Part shown: positions 13,432 through 26,607 of the stretch, piece by piece
Layout of the letters: the number at the start of each line of letters is the position of its first letter
Numbering within the stretch: the first letter of the stretch is position 1
DNA from: Vicugna vicugna
Lineage: Eukaryota
NCBI GenBank assembly: GCA_013265495.1
Contig: MU058198.1
Location: 3,484,419-3,548,418, forward strand
Direction: 5' to 3'
DNA: 64,000 nucleotides
Translations under genes and position numbers: made by a program
Notes under the pieces: model-generated
Databases searched by the model: none
What the model saw: only the letters and a program-made list of their open reading frames with translations
What the model was told of the DNA's origin: nothing

Positions 13432-13824
13432 TGCATGTCTCACTCTCTGCCCCAGGGCTTTCTGCCACCTCCAGATGGTGCACCTCCAAGAACCTGCTCG
13501 ACATTCTGGCTCAGTCACACACCTGTATGTGCAAAGGGCTAACCAGCCATGGAGCAACCCTTGACAAATGAAGGGCGGGAGTCATGGATGAATCACTCTA
13601 CTCTTGAGTCCTGTGTTCTGAAGAGCATCCGCCTAGGTTCCTCCAAGGGACTGAGCCCCAGCTAGCTTGTAACCGGCTCAGTAATGTATCCTCAGAGGAC
13701 TCTCATTTCTTCTGTTTCACTTTTCTTCTTCCTTCCTCTCTTTGAAATCACTATCCAAGTTAAACTGGCTGTGTACAAACCTCCTTTTCAGGCTCTGCCC
13801 TTTTGAAGAACCTAGAATAAGACA
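13432..13824 (+). mobile_element. ERVL-type LTR remnant (LTR16/LTR33-like end)
   Basis: Ends caggctctgccc...gaacctagaataagaca, like the ERVL LTR 3' terminus as I recall it. Confidence 0.5.
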
Positions 13825-13828
13825 ACAG

Positions 13829-14226
13829 TGTTGGAAGAGGTCATTGATAAGATGTGACTGGCGGTTGACTTGTGAGCTGGACTTGGGCGAGCAGAGACTC
13901 CTCACCCCAACCCTGTCCTTGGAATGTGCATTCTGTCCACTGTTCCCAAAGTGTGAGCCATTCCAAGGATGCAGACTTGAGAGAGCAGTGTGTTGTTGAG
14001 ATATCTGGACTGGATATGAGATTGAATCCCATTAAATCCTCTATATAAACTTTTAAGATTCTGGCGGGTGGGTGCAAAAATCCACTCATCTCGCAGCCAT
14101 CTAAGACTCGCCTCGTATGTAAGTTCCCTTGTTTATTACACTGGCCACCTTCCAATCTGGAGTGGCTGCTTCTTTTTTCACTCTCTCCTTGCCCTCCGTG
14201 TATGGGCATCAATTTACCAGCTAATA
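13829..14226 (+). mobile_element. Probable solo LTR
   Basis: tgtt start, TATA-like ctatataaac near 14041, degenerate polyA region; no TSD confirmed. Confidence 0.55.
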
Positions 14227-15393
14227 GCTGGATGTAAGGGATTTCAACAAAGTTTTCATTTTTCCACGACGATTACAGTATCTCCAAGTTGCTGCTGCTG
14301 CTATTCACCAAGCTGGTTCAAGAAAGCAGGAAAAAAGGCCCAGGAACAGTTCCCAACAATCCTCTTGGGTTCACTTTTCTACTCCAGCCAATACTGTGGC
14401 ACCTCACTGTGCACAGGAATAAACGGAGAGCATCTCACTTTAGTGACAGACAGGATGGAGGGAAATGAGCAGACAGGCTCAGCCACAAGTGTGGCAAATT
14501 TAGGACACATTACAAGGAGAATAACATTAAGAACAAAGGAGAGAAAAGCTCTCCATGCTTTGTGGAACAGATCATAGTTGGAACACTGTCACTTCTGGGC
14601 ACTCCACTTTGATAAAGGCAATGGAACTGAAGTGTGTTTAGACAAAAGGTCAGCTCGGTGTTTAGGGACTTGTTACTATATTGCAGAAGGAAGTAGGAAG
14701 GTTTTACTTGCAGAACTGCTGGAGAGAGGGAGGGATATGAGAGCTGTTTTCCAATGTGTGAAGGGTTGTCATATGGCAGAGGGAATAGATTTATTCTAGG
14801 AGTGAGGAATAATATATGGAAGTTGGAGGGAGCCAGATTTAGCTCAACTCAAGTAGAAACTTGCAAACCTGGAGCCTGCCTTCTGTCTTCCAGAGGATTC
14901 CAGATGTCTGGGGTTCCCGTGCATGGCCTGGTTTCCAAGCTAAGAAAAGCAAAGGCAGTGACATCAAAGGATCTTACTTCGCCTCATTCACTCCTTCCCG
15001 CCATTCATTCCATCAAATTGCACAGGACAGGCTTCATTTCAGAGAATTGCAAACCTCTGGGTAACTGTACATCTTTTGTTCCTAGGCTCTTCTCTTGGAA
15101 GGAAAGAGAAACCTCCAGTGCTGCATTCTTCTGTCGGAGTCCTTGAAGTATGGCTCAGGAAACTGAGAATATCTGTGATAACTTTTTCCACACCATAACA
15201 GTAAGAGTCAATTGCATTAGAGCATTATTCAGGATACTTTCATTGAAACAACAGAAATGGACTCTAGCTAACCTTAGCAAAAAAAAAATTTTTTAAACAG
15301 TTGCAGGTAAAAGTAAAGATCAGTCTTTGAGGTCAGGAATCAGGGAGGTTCTAAAGATCTAGGTAGCTGGAACAGAGGTACCTATATTGTGTT

Positions 15394-15394
<1 letters not shown>

Positions 15395-15448
<54 letters not shown>

Positions 15449-15495
15449 CTCTATCTACCTATCTCTATCTATCTATCTATCTACCTATCTACCTA

Positions 15496-15529
<34 letters not shown>

Positions 15530-15672
15530 CCTATCTCTCTATCTCTCTATCTCTCTATCTATCTATCTCTCTATCTATCTATTTATCTATCATCTATCTA
15601 TCTATCCATCCATCCATCCATCTATCTATCCACCCATCTATCTGTCTGTCTATGTATCTATCTATCATCTAT
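15395..15672. repeat. Compound (TCTA)n/(TC)n/(TCCA)n microsatellite at an L1 tail
   Basis: Read directly from the sequence. Confidence 0.97.
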
Positions 15673-15675
15673 ACA

Positions 15676-17230
15676 TATTTTATTGTGGTGAAAAAACAAA
15701 GAACACAACATTTACCATCCTAACCAGTTTGAAGTGTGTAGTTCAATAGTATTAAATATATTCACGTACGTTGTGCAGCAGATCCCCAGAACTTTTTCAT
15801 CCGGCAAGTCTGCAACTGTACCCCTTAAACAACAACTCCACTTTCTCCCTCCCTCCAGCTCCTGGTAACTATTATCTATTTTCCATTTCTATGAATTTGA
15901 CTGCACTGGGCACCTTGTGTAAGTGGAATCATAAAGTATTAGTATTTGCCTTTACCTGACTGGCTTGTTTTACTTAGTGCAATATCCTCCAGATTCATCT
16001 ATGTTGTAGCATGTGGCAGAATATTTTTCCTTTTTAAGGCTGAATAATACTCCATTGTTTGTATATACTGCATTTTGTTTATCCACTCATCCACTGATGG
16101 ACACTTGGGCTGCTTCCACGTCTTGGCTATTGTGAATATTGGTGCTAGGAATACGAGTGTGCAAATATCTTTTGCTTTTACTTCTATTGGGCATATACTT
16201 AGAAGAGGGATTACTGGATCATAAGGTACTTCTGTTTTGGGGGGGAATCTCCATGCTGTTTTTCCATAGCAGCTGCACCATTTTACAATCCCACCAACAG
16301 CGCTCAAGGGTTTCGATTTCTTCACATCCTCACCAACACTTGTTATTTTCCGTTTGTTGGTGTTTTTTTGTTTTTGTTTTTGTTTTTTTAATAGCAGCCA
16401 TCCTAATAGGTGTGAGGTAACAACTCATTGTGGTTTTGCTTTGCATTTGTCTGATGATTAGTGATGTTGAGCATCTTTTCGCGTGCCTATTGGCCATTTG
16501 TATATCATCTTTGGAGGAATGTCCGTTCAAGTTCTTTGTCCATTTCAAAACTGGGTTATTTTATTACTTGTTGCTGAGTTGTAGCGGTTTTTAAAAAATA
16601 TGTTCTGGATATTAACCCCTTGTCAAATAAATGATTTGCAAATATCATCTCTCACTCTGTAGATTGTATTTTTATTCTACTGGTGGTGCCCTTTTGATGC
16701 ACTAAAGTTTTCAAATTTGATGTAGTCCCAAGTGTATTTTGTTTTGTAAGAAACCATACTCTTTTTTCCAGAGTGACTGTACCATTTCACATTCCCACCA
16801 ACAATGTGTGAGTGATCTTGTTTCTCTGAATTCTTACCAGCATTTGGTACTAGTACTATTTTTCAATTTTAGTCATTCTGATGGGTGTGTGGTGATATAT
16901 TTTTGTGGTTTTAATTTGCATTTTCCTAATGGTTAATGATGTTGAACTTATTTTCATGTGCTTATTTGTGATGTGAAATGGCTGTTCATGTCTTCTGCCC
17001 ACTTTCTAATTTTTTTTTATTGTTGAGTTTTGAGAGTTTTTAATATATTCTAGTTACTTGTCCTTTATGAGTTACAAATATTTTCTCCAGCTTGTCTTTT
17101 ACAAATATTTTTCTGTAGCTTGTCTTTTCACCTGCTTAACAAGGTCTTCCACGGAGAAAACTTTTTAAATCTTCATGATTAAATCTCCAAATGATCTGTT
17201 TTTCCTTGCTTTTGGTGTCATGTCTAAGAA
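15676..17230 (-). mobile_element. L1 3' fragments (at least two elements)
   Basis: ORFs 15999-16325 (PYDPVIPLL...WKQPKCPSVDEWINKM) and 16330-16548 are ORF2p C-terminal remnants. Confidence 0.92.
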
Positions 17231-18597
17231 TGTATACACTGTCCCCTCCCCCCATTTTTTTTCTTCTTTTATTTATTTTTTGGTTTTTTTTGTGTGTTTT
17301 TGTTTTTTCTTCTTTTAGAGAGTCACCATTCTCCTTCTTCCATAAAAAGGTTTAATCTGGGTTGTCTGGTGAAATGGAGGCTCACCAGGGCATGGCCAAT
17401 AACAGCACTCCATCTCCTGGGCTAGAGTGATTGCCTCAGAGATAGTCAGGACTCCCGAGCTGGACCATTCACAGTCCTTCCAGAGACTTTCACAAGAGCC
17501 ATTGGAAAGGATGCTCCCTATTTCTCCATACGGACGAAGATTTTCTGAGTAAAAGATAAGCAGAAACAAGACATGGAGAGAAAAGAAGACAGAGTTTCAG
17601 CCACGTAGTTAAACCCCCTGAATCCAGATGTGCCCAAAGCTACCTTTTGATGTTTCAGGTACCAGAGCCGCCAAATCAATGAGGCATCTAATCTCCCCTT
17701 TCCCTGCCAAGCTGGTTTAAATTGGGGTTGTAATGCACATAATCAGAAGGGTCTTAGATAACATAGCATTTTATATTTATTATTCCTCTTTTCTCTTTTA
17801 TTTCACTGTTTGATTCATAATGTGCTTTTCACCATATCACACCACTAAAACTGCTCTTGCTAAGGTGACCAGTGACAAAAAATGTATGGTCTCTGTTCTT
17901 AAACTCTTTGCCATATTTGACATTAAGTAAAAGTCAGATTTACTTTCTTCCTAACATTCCTATAACATCTTTCTCTTTTTCTCCTTTTGATGTTCCTAGG
18001 ACTGTAACATTGGCCAATACCTACTACTCATCAGACACTGTGACCGGCATCATCACACAAGTTATATCTTTACATGGAGCTTAAACCCTCACATCCTTTT
18101 CACATCCTCTGCATTTTTATACCTTCGATTTAACTATGTATGTGTGTATTTGGATTTTTGGACCCCAGAACTGAACTTGGCTTGTAATTTTCTGGACTCT
18201 ACATAATATTAAGGATGCTTAAGTGTGATGTCGGAGTAACCACCCCTGACAGTTGGCTCATATCAAACATGCAATCAGCAAGGACTTCTTCAGAGAAACT
18301 TTTTTACATCCAGCCAATTTGGGACGGCTGGTCATGGGCAAACCATCTTTTTTTGGTCCAGGAACTATCACCCCCATCACCTCAAATGATATGCAAAGAT
18401 AATGTAATACTGATTTAACTATCTTAAACAGAAAGGAAAATTAATTATCTTATATAACCAGAACTTTCAAGATAACATCTCTGCAGGGTTAACAATTGGT
18501 TCAATGTCAGCATTGAGAATCCTTACCGTCTTCTCACTTGCCATCCTCAGGCTAGCACCTCTCATGGTCCCAAGATGACTGGAGTTCTAGGCATCAC

Positions 18598-19235
18598 TGT
18601 GATGGATTGCAAAAATGACTACTGTACTTTGTAGCTACTTCCATCAAGAGATAGAGTCTATTTCTCCACCTATTAGGACTCAGTCATGCGATATATGGGC
18701 CAACAGTGACGATACACGAAGACACATGAACAGTGCTTGCACGTTGGTACTGAGCACCTGAAATGTGGCTAGTCCAAACTGAGGTGTGCTGCAACTATAA
18801 AACACAAACTAGACAAAATGTAAAATACCTTATTAATAATTTTTGCAGTAAATTACATGCTGAAATTATGACAATTTAGACATTGGATTAAATGAGATGT
18901 TTTATTAAGAATTTTTAAAAAATGCTTGCACATTGGAATTTTTTTTTCTCTTACTGCACTTTAGAACCTGAGACACTATTTCACAACTAGCTTGCTTGTA
19001 GAATAGAAATGAGCCACCTCTCCCACCCCCAGCCCCAGTGACTCCCTCTAGATCAACCAGCTTGTCAGTTGTCAGACATGTGAGTGAGGCCATTCTAGAC
19101 CATCCAGCCCCAGCTGAGACCACAAGAACCACCTGGCCAGTCCACGAAATCATGAGAAATAAGAAAGAATTCTGTATTAAGTCACTAGATTTAGGGGATG
19201 GTTTGTTACGTAGCACAAGCTACACACATACAGAC
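18598..19235 (+). mobile_element. MLT1-type LTR interrupted by a MER3/MER33-like hAT fragment (~18735-18950)
   Basis: ccatcaagagatagagtctatttctcc...ggggatggtttgttac; inner gaaatgtggctagtccaaactgag. Confidence 0.6.
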
Positions 19236-19994
19236 ACAGCAACATACATTAACAGGAGAGTGGCCATCTTGACACTGTGTCTATTTTCAGCTGTGAGGAA
19301 TGTTTCTGTATGTAATCATTGGCTAGAATTGTATCAGTCTCTTCCTAAACCCATCACTTGCAAAGGGAGTAGAATTACCATGATTGGCTTGGAAAAACAC
19401 AGGGGCCATGCAGAGAGAAATAGACTGTCCCCCAAGTGGGGTTCTGCCAAAAAAATAGAAGCCTTCTGTCCTTTTGGCAGAATGCCCCGAAGAGGAGGGA
19501 CAATGAGTGAAGGGGCAATGGGTTTTCTGCAGGCATACAAGGAGCATCTACTATAGGTGGGCTCCCAGAAACTGCATTTTCTGAGTCTCTTCATCCTCCC
19601 CACCTCCAGCTATGGCTGATCAGACCAGGGATGCACTAGGGCAGAAAGATGTATCAATGAGACTCTCTTTGTGTATTTGGAGTTGAGACTGTGTGACAGC
19701 AACTGTGGGAGGGGGGATAGGAAATGGATAAGGTACATTAGGAGGATGTAAGAAGGTTGTATTTCACAATTAGAAATGGAGAGACAGAGAGAGAGGGAGA
19801 GGGGGAGAGAGAGAGAGAGAAATAGGGAATCTAGTTAACGTTTTTCCATTTTCTCGATCCAGTCTCTCCTGGGGCCTGGCTAGCTCTCTGTTCTTGGCTC
19901 TCTGTAATTCTTACAATAATTTCCCCTTCATTTGCATTTGCTAGCCTTAATGAGCTTCTGTCACTCACAATAAAAGTGTTTTTAACTTACTATT

Positions 19995-21500
19995 CTTATG
20001 AAAAGATGCCCAACCTTACTCATAATAAGATAAATGCATATTGAAATTACACTCAGATACCATTTATCACATCAGACTGGCAACAAGAGAAAGGTCTAAC
20101 AGCCTTATTGGTAAAGCTGTGGGGAAACAGGCACTGTCATGAGGACTGGTGCGAGTGCAAAAGGTTTTAGCCTCCGTGGAGGGCAAGCTGGCAACATCCA
20201 TCAACCTTGAACATGCACTTACCCTTTGACCTGGCGATCCTAGCTCTGGGATTAATTCATAGATGTACTACTGTGGGGACAACATGACGTAAGTACAAGG
20301 TCATTTATTACAGCCTCATCTGTAATAGACAATGTTTGGAAACAATCCAAATTTTCACCCACATGGTACTTGTTAAACTATCCACATACATCTTCACTTG
20401 GAATACAATGTGGCTGTAAAAATTAATGAAATTCTCTATGCCCTAATATGAAAAGGCCTCCAGATAGATTGCTAAGTAAAAAGCCAAAATGCAGAACAGT
20501 ATACATAGTATGATACCTTTTGTGTAAGAAAGAGGAGAAAGAAGAATATCTAAGAATATGTATTCTCTGTAAATTGGTGCAGCCACCATGGAGAACAGTA
20601 TGAAATTTCCTTAAAAAACTAAAAATAGAGTTACCCTACGATCCAGCAATCCCACTCCTTGGCATATATCCAGAGATAACTCTAATTTGAAGAGATACAT
20701 GCACCCCGATGTTCATAGTAGCATTATTTACAAAACCCAAGACACAAAAACCTGAGTCCATTGATAGATAAATGGATAAAGAAGATGTATATATGTATGT
20801 ATATATGTGTATATATATTATATATATGAAATGAAGTATTACTCAGCCATAAAAAAGAATGAAATAATGCCATTTGCAGCAACATGGATGGACCTAGATA
20901 TTATCATACTGAATGAAGTAAGTCAGTCAGAGAAAGACAAATATCATATGGTATCACTTATATGTGGAATCTAAAAAATGATACAAGCAAACTTACTTAC
21001 AAAACAGAAACAGACTCACAGACATAGGAAAAAAACTTACGGTTACCAAAGGGGAAAGAGAGCGGAGGAATAAATTAGGAGTTTGGGATTAGTAGATACA
21101 TTACCACCATACATAAAATAGATAAACAACAAGGACCTACTGTATAGCACAGGGAACGATATTCAATATCTTGTAATAACCTATAGCAGAAAAGAACCTC
21201 AAAAATAATACATATATGTATAACTGGATCACTTTGCTATACACCTGAAACTAACACAACGTTGTAAATCAACCATACTTCAATTAAAAAAAAGAATATG
21301 TATTCTCAATTTTTAATGTTTAGGTGGGTGAATTTAATAAAGTATGAAAAGATGAACAAGAAACTAAGAAATAAATAAAAGTGGTGATTTCCAGGGGGCG
21401 GAAAGAACGATTGGGGTGGGAATTCACTTCCCAATGAGAATCTTTTTATATCATTTTGACTTTTGCAAATGGGAACACATTATCTGTTCTAAAAAAGAGC
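19995..21500 (+). mobile_element. Old L1 (L1ME-like) 3' region hosting a younger L1
   Basis: atgaaaagatgcccaaccttactcataataagataaatgca... ORF2-end motifs. Confidence 0.75.
20568..21291 (+). mobile_element. 5'-truncated artiodactyl-type L1 with a perfect 16-bp TSD
   Basis: TSD aagaatatgtattctc at 20552-67 and 21292-307; ends catacttcaattaaaaaa. Confidence 0.93.
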
Positions 21501-21994
21501 ATATGTAAAAAGTCATTTTCCAATTAAAATATCGTATCATTCTAATCTGTCTTGTTGGCTGAAGAATTCAGGGTAGTAGGAAGAAAACCTGCCCCTAACA
21601 GAGAAGAAATATCCTTCTAACTGAACAGTCTCTCTTGTGTTTTCTGCATTTGGCGCTGGGGTAGCTTACTGAAAGCTCCCCTCCCCAGGCTGCACTGTAT
21701 CTAGAAGCTGCTTTCTGGATGGGTACTCTGCTTGGTCAGCTGAAGATTAAACTGACCAGCCAGGCATATAAAAGAACTGCAGGACAAAGAGAGATGTTCT
21801 CTTAAAGATTTCTTTGTAACCTGCAGGGATCAGGTGGCCTCTTAGAGAAATGACAAAATCTATTTTCTCTTCTTCGTATGTTTTTGCTGTTGGCAGTCTC
21901 TTCGTCCTAAGAGGGAGTCAGGAAAGATTGCTTTGGGGGTGGGGTATTGAATTGGCACCTTCTTACCAATGTGGGTGGTGGGTTCGGTGAGCCT

Positions 21995-22240
21995 GTGGAG
22001 TCGAGTCTCATTTAATGCTCACAGCACAGATTCTGGGGTCAGACTGACAGGATGGGACACAGGTTTCACACTTGGTGACTGGGTGATCTTGGCCACTTCT
22101 TTGTGCCTCAGCTTCAGTAAAAGGGGGATAATAAAATTAATTACCTCTAGGATTATCATGAGGTTTAAATGAATTAATCCATAAAAAAGTTTAGAACAAT
22201 GCTTAGCCTATATGAAGTTCCCTATTAATGTGAGCTCTAA
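21995..22240 (+). mobile_element. MIR SINE
   Basis: tgtgcctcagcttcagtaaaagggggataat core. Confidence 0.7.
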
Positions 22241-22929
22241 GAGAAACAGGAGTGGTAATTTTTATTATTATATGACTTCAGGCTAAAGAGGAGGGTTGGC
22301 AGGTATGGAAAAGGTTGTCATCCCCTCATTCCCCACTCACAACCAATTTGGTGCATTCTTATTAAGGAAGGATTCACGAGAGGTCTCTGGACACCAATTC
22401 TCAGTCATCTAAGGTCATAAATGTAGTTCCAGTGGCTATGATGCAGCAGGCACTGTGCTCAGCTCCGAGGAGAATAAATTGGTAAGTGAGGTGGGGCTGC
22501 CTCTACCCGCGCAGAGGTCCTAGGTGACCTGGGGAGATGGATGGGTAAACAGATGACGCAATACAGAGTAAGTGGAATGATAGGTCAATTCAGGACGCCA
22601 GAAGGTCACAGGGGAGGGGCAATTAATTTAAACTCAAGGAATCAGGAAAGACTTCTCAGAGGCTGGGATGGGAACAGCAGATCCCCGCTACTTCAAGTGA
22701 TGACACAACCCTCCCTCTCCTAGGAAGAATAATGATGATATTTAAATAATGATCTAATGATAATAATAATTATGATGATAGGAAATGAATTATGATTAAT
22801 ATGAAATAATAATAGTGATACGAATCAAAACATCTATAGCTTGTTCCAAGCACACTGCAGGTGTTAGCTCATTGAATCCTAACAACTTCAACCACCTACC
22901 CTGAACCTGCATGACTTGGCCTCACCTCA

Positions 22930-23200
22930 ACCTAAGTCTGATCATGAGACCCTATCTTCGTTTAAAAAGTTTATATTTTCTTCATCACGGGTTTTTTTTT
23001 TAGCATGAGTTTTGATTTTTTTTTATAGTAGTAGAGTCAAGTTTATAACGTGTCAATTTCTGGTGTACCGCATAATGTTTCATGATTTTTAAATATATTG
23101 CATTGAATTATTATTTATTTTGCTTACTGATTTCTTGGTGCCCCTTAAATTTGGGACTCAAGTCAAGTGCCTCACTCTCCTCACCCTAGTCTGGGCCCTG
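22930..23200. mobile_element. hAT MITE (MER96B-like) containing a ~60-bp L1 3' tip
   Basis: End gcctcactctcctcaccctagtctgggccctg; inner piece flanked by tgattttt (23013-20 / 23083-90). Confidence 0.55.
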
Positions 23201-23555
23201 CTGAGAAATGCCAAGTAAGAAAATAAAGCGGAACTCAGTGTCCCCCGCAATTCAGCTTCCCTGTGCAGAAGGCGTTCCCAGTTCCTTTTTTCCCAGGCGT
23301 CCTGGGAGGAAAGAGAAAGAGAAAGTTCTCCGTATTCAGACCTAGTCATCCCTTTGCATCCCTGAATCCCACAATGGGGACACTGCCATGACGTTTTGTG
23401 TTGCCTTCACATGGCACCAAATCCCCACTGAATCTCAAAATGTGAGCCATTCCTGACGTAACTTGTTCTCAATAATTCTGGAAGCACCAAGGAAAAAGTC
23501 TCAGATTGGTGCCAGGGGTTTTTAATATGTCTCCAACAGTTGCTAACCCTCTTTT

Positions 23556-23688
23556 TTTTTTCTTTTTGAGGGGGAAGTAATTAGGTTTATTTATTTGTTT
23601 ATTTATTTTAGTGGAGGTACTGGGCATTGAACCCATGACTTGTAAATGCTAAGCAGGCACTCTTACCACCGAGCTATAACTTCTCCCC
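23556..23688 (-). mobile_element. Vic-1-like SINE
   Basis: Same family; TSD ttgctaacc(c/t)tctttt at 23540-55 and 23689-704. Confidence 0.88.
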
Positions 23689-24229
23689 TTGCTAACCTTC
23701 TTTTGGCAAAGAACAAGCAGGCTTCTGACTTACTTCCTGCAGCCCCTTGAATGATGAGGGTGGGGAGCTGGAACCCTACCACAGCAGGTCTGCCCTTGGA
23801 TCTGAGCCGCCATTACTCTGTTACTACTTCTGGGAGGCCGGGGGGGCCGTCACGGGAGCAATGCCCCAGCCTGGATGGTTTGACCACTTCGTTTGTGCCC
23901 TCATGGCTTCATTTTTTTTTCTGTTTCCTCTTCTAGAATTTAGTAAGCCAAAACAGAACTTTCCCTGAACTGAATATTGAGTTTAATTGTGCTGTGTTCA
24001 TGATTACACAGCGTTTACCCACAATTACTTCCTGTTCGAGTTCCTGTTTGCTACTGTGCTCTGAGAACCCACCTAGGTACTGGAGGTCCTGAAAGGAGTG
24101 AAGGGCAAGCCTGAGACACAGCCTCCTCCCCGAAGGAGTCGTCAGGTAGCAGAGTGGGCACCATATGACATCATAGCTACAACCAGTCCCTGCTGTTTGG
24201 AGTCAGACCAAAGGGCTTAAAAGTAGCCA

Positions 24230-26290
24230 GTTGTAGAAATCCCACTTCTGGATATTGATCAAAGAGAAATGAATGCATATTCATTCAAAAAGACACATAC
24301 GAGAATGTTCATAGTGGCTTTTTCCAAAGTAGTCCCCAACTGGAAATAACCCAAATGGCATTGACATTGAATGGATAAGCAAATTGTGGTATATTCATGC
24401 AGAGCATTTAAAAAAAAAGTGAACACTGACATGCACAGAAACACATGGATGAATCTCATAGATACTATGTAGAGTGAAAAAAAATCCAGAAACTGTTCAT
24501 TCTCATTTATATGAAGTTCAAGTATAGGCAAGGCTAATCTTCCGTATCAGCCTTAAAAAGGAAGGACATTCTGACACGTGCTACAACGTGGATGAACCTT
24601 GAGAACGTTACGCTGAGTGAAATCAGCCAGTACTATGAATGTGTGTGTCCCCCCAAACCAAATTCATCTGTTGAAGTCCCAGTTCCCAATGGGATGGCAG
24701 GTGGAGATGGGGCCTTTGGGAGCTAACTAGATTTAGATGAGGTCATGAGGGTGGAGACACCATGGTGGGACTAATGCCCTTATAAAAAGAAGAAGTGACA
24801 GAAGATTTGTCTCTTTGTCTCTCTGTCTCTGTCTCTGTCTCTCTCCCTCTCTTTCTGCATGCATGCATCAAGGAAAGGGCACATGGGGACATAACCAGGA
24901 GAGAGCGCCCATAACAACCTGATCATGCTGGCATCATAATCTTCAATTTCTAGCCTCCAGAATCATGAGAAATACATGTTTATTTAAGCCACCCAGTTGA
25001 TGTTTATTGTTTAAGCAGCCTGGCAGGACTAAGACCACCAGTCACAAAAAGATAAACGCTACATCATTCAACTCACATGAATTACCTAGAGTAGCAAGTT
25101 CATAGAGACAGAAAGTAGAAGGGTGGTTGCCACCGTTAGGGGCAGGGGAGAATGGGGTGTTGTTTAATGGGTATAGAGTTTCAGTTTTGCAAGATGAAAA
25201 GAGTTCTGGTGATGGGTTGCACAACAGTGTGCAATGTACTTAACGCCCCTGAACTTTGCATTTAGAAATGGTTTATCAAAACCACAATGAGATATCACCT
25301 CACACCTGTTAGAATGGCTGTCATCAAAAAGATAAGAGATAAAAAGAGGTTGGTGAGGATGTGGGGAAAAGGGAACACTTGGGCACTATTGGTGGAAATG
25401 TAAATTGGTACTCCATACTATGGATAACAGTATGGAGGTTCCTCAAGAAATTAAAAAATAGAACTACCATCCAACAAATCAACTTCTGGGTATAGTATAT
25501 CTGAAGGAAATGACATCATTGCTTCAAAGAGGTATCTGCACCCTCATGTTCACTGCAGCAATATTTATGATAGACAAGACATGGAAACAACTTAAATGTC
25601 CATCAATGGATGAATGGCTAAAGAAAATGTGGTGTATATAAACAATGGAATATTATTCAGCCATAAAAAGGAGACCCTGCCATTTGTGACAACATGGATG
25701 AACCTCGAGGGTACTATGGTAAATGAAATAAGTCAGACAGAGAATAAGACCTGGGGATGTAATGTACACCATGGTGACTATATTTAACAATACTATATTG
25801 TATATTTGAAAGTTGCTAAGAGAGTAGATCTTAAAAGTTCTCATCACAAGGTAAAAAAATTGCAACTATGTGAGGTAAATTTATTGTGGTAATCATTTTA
25901 TAATATGTATTTATATCAAATAATTATTTTGTACATGTTAAAATAATACAATTTTGTGTCAATTATATCTCAATAAAACTGGGAAAAAGAAATGGTTATG
26001 GTGGTAAATTTTATTTTTTATATGATACTATGATTTTTTAAAAATTCTTAAAAATAAATAAATCTTATCTATGAGGTAGAAGTCAGACAGTGGCTCCTTC
26101 TGGAGGGGATATTTCCTGGGAAAGGGACAAGAAGTTTTTCTGGGGAGCTAGAACGTATCTGTATTTTGATCTGGTGGAGATTACATAGGTGTAGTATGTA
26201 TGTAAAATGTAGTATGTATGTAGTATGTAAAAACATATTCTGTTGTAGGCTTAAAACTAGCGTCCCTTATTGTATATTTGTTATACTGCA
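24230..26290 (+). mobile_element. Nested cluster: old L1 > second L1 3' end > MLT1 LTR (24631-25037) and third L1 (~25275-25987)
   Basis: Host sequences resume after each insert; TSD agaaatggtt at 25264-73 and 25988-97. Confidence 0.8.
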
Positions 26291-26607
26291 ACAACAACAA
26301 CAAAAGGATCTTGTTTAAAGGTTGCTGGTTCTCTTTTCTAGTAGAGATTTCCTATTCTAAAGTGTTCTATCCTTACCAGACGTGAATATGTTTCCCAGGG
26401 AATGCGTGGGCTCTGGCGTCAGAAGACCTGGGTTTAAGTCTTAGCGCTGCCAGTTTATAACAGGGAGCCTTGGAAAAGCTACTTAACCACTTTGCAACTT
26501 AGTTTCCTCATCTGTATATAATACAGGAATCATACAGTGGCGATAGCAATGCATGGAAAGGATTTAGCACCCTTTAGTGTTAAATCAATATTAGCTTTTC
26601 CCCATTT

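Noticed and set aside
12785..14577. 155-aa (12785-13252) and 169-aa (14068-14577) ORFs
   Set aside because: No recognisable family and no splice structure; the second overlaps an LTR remnant.
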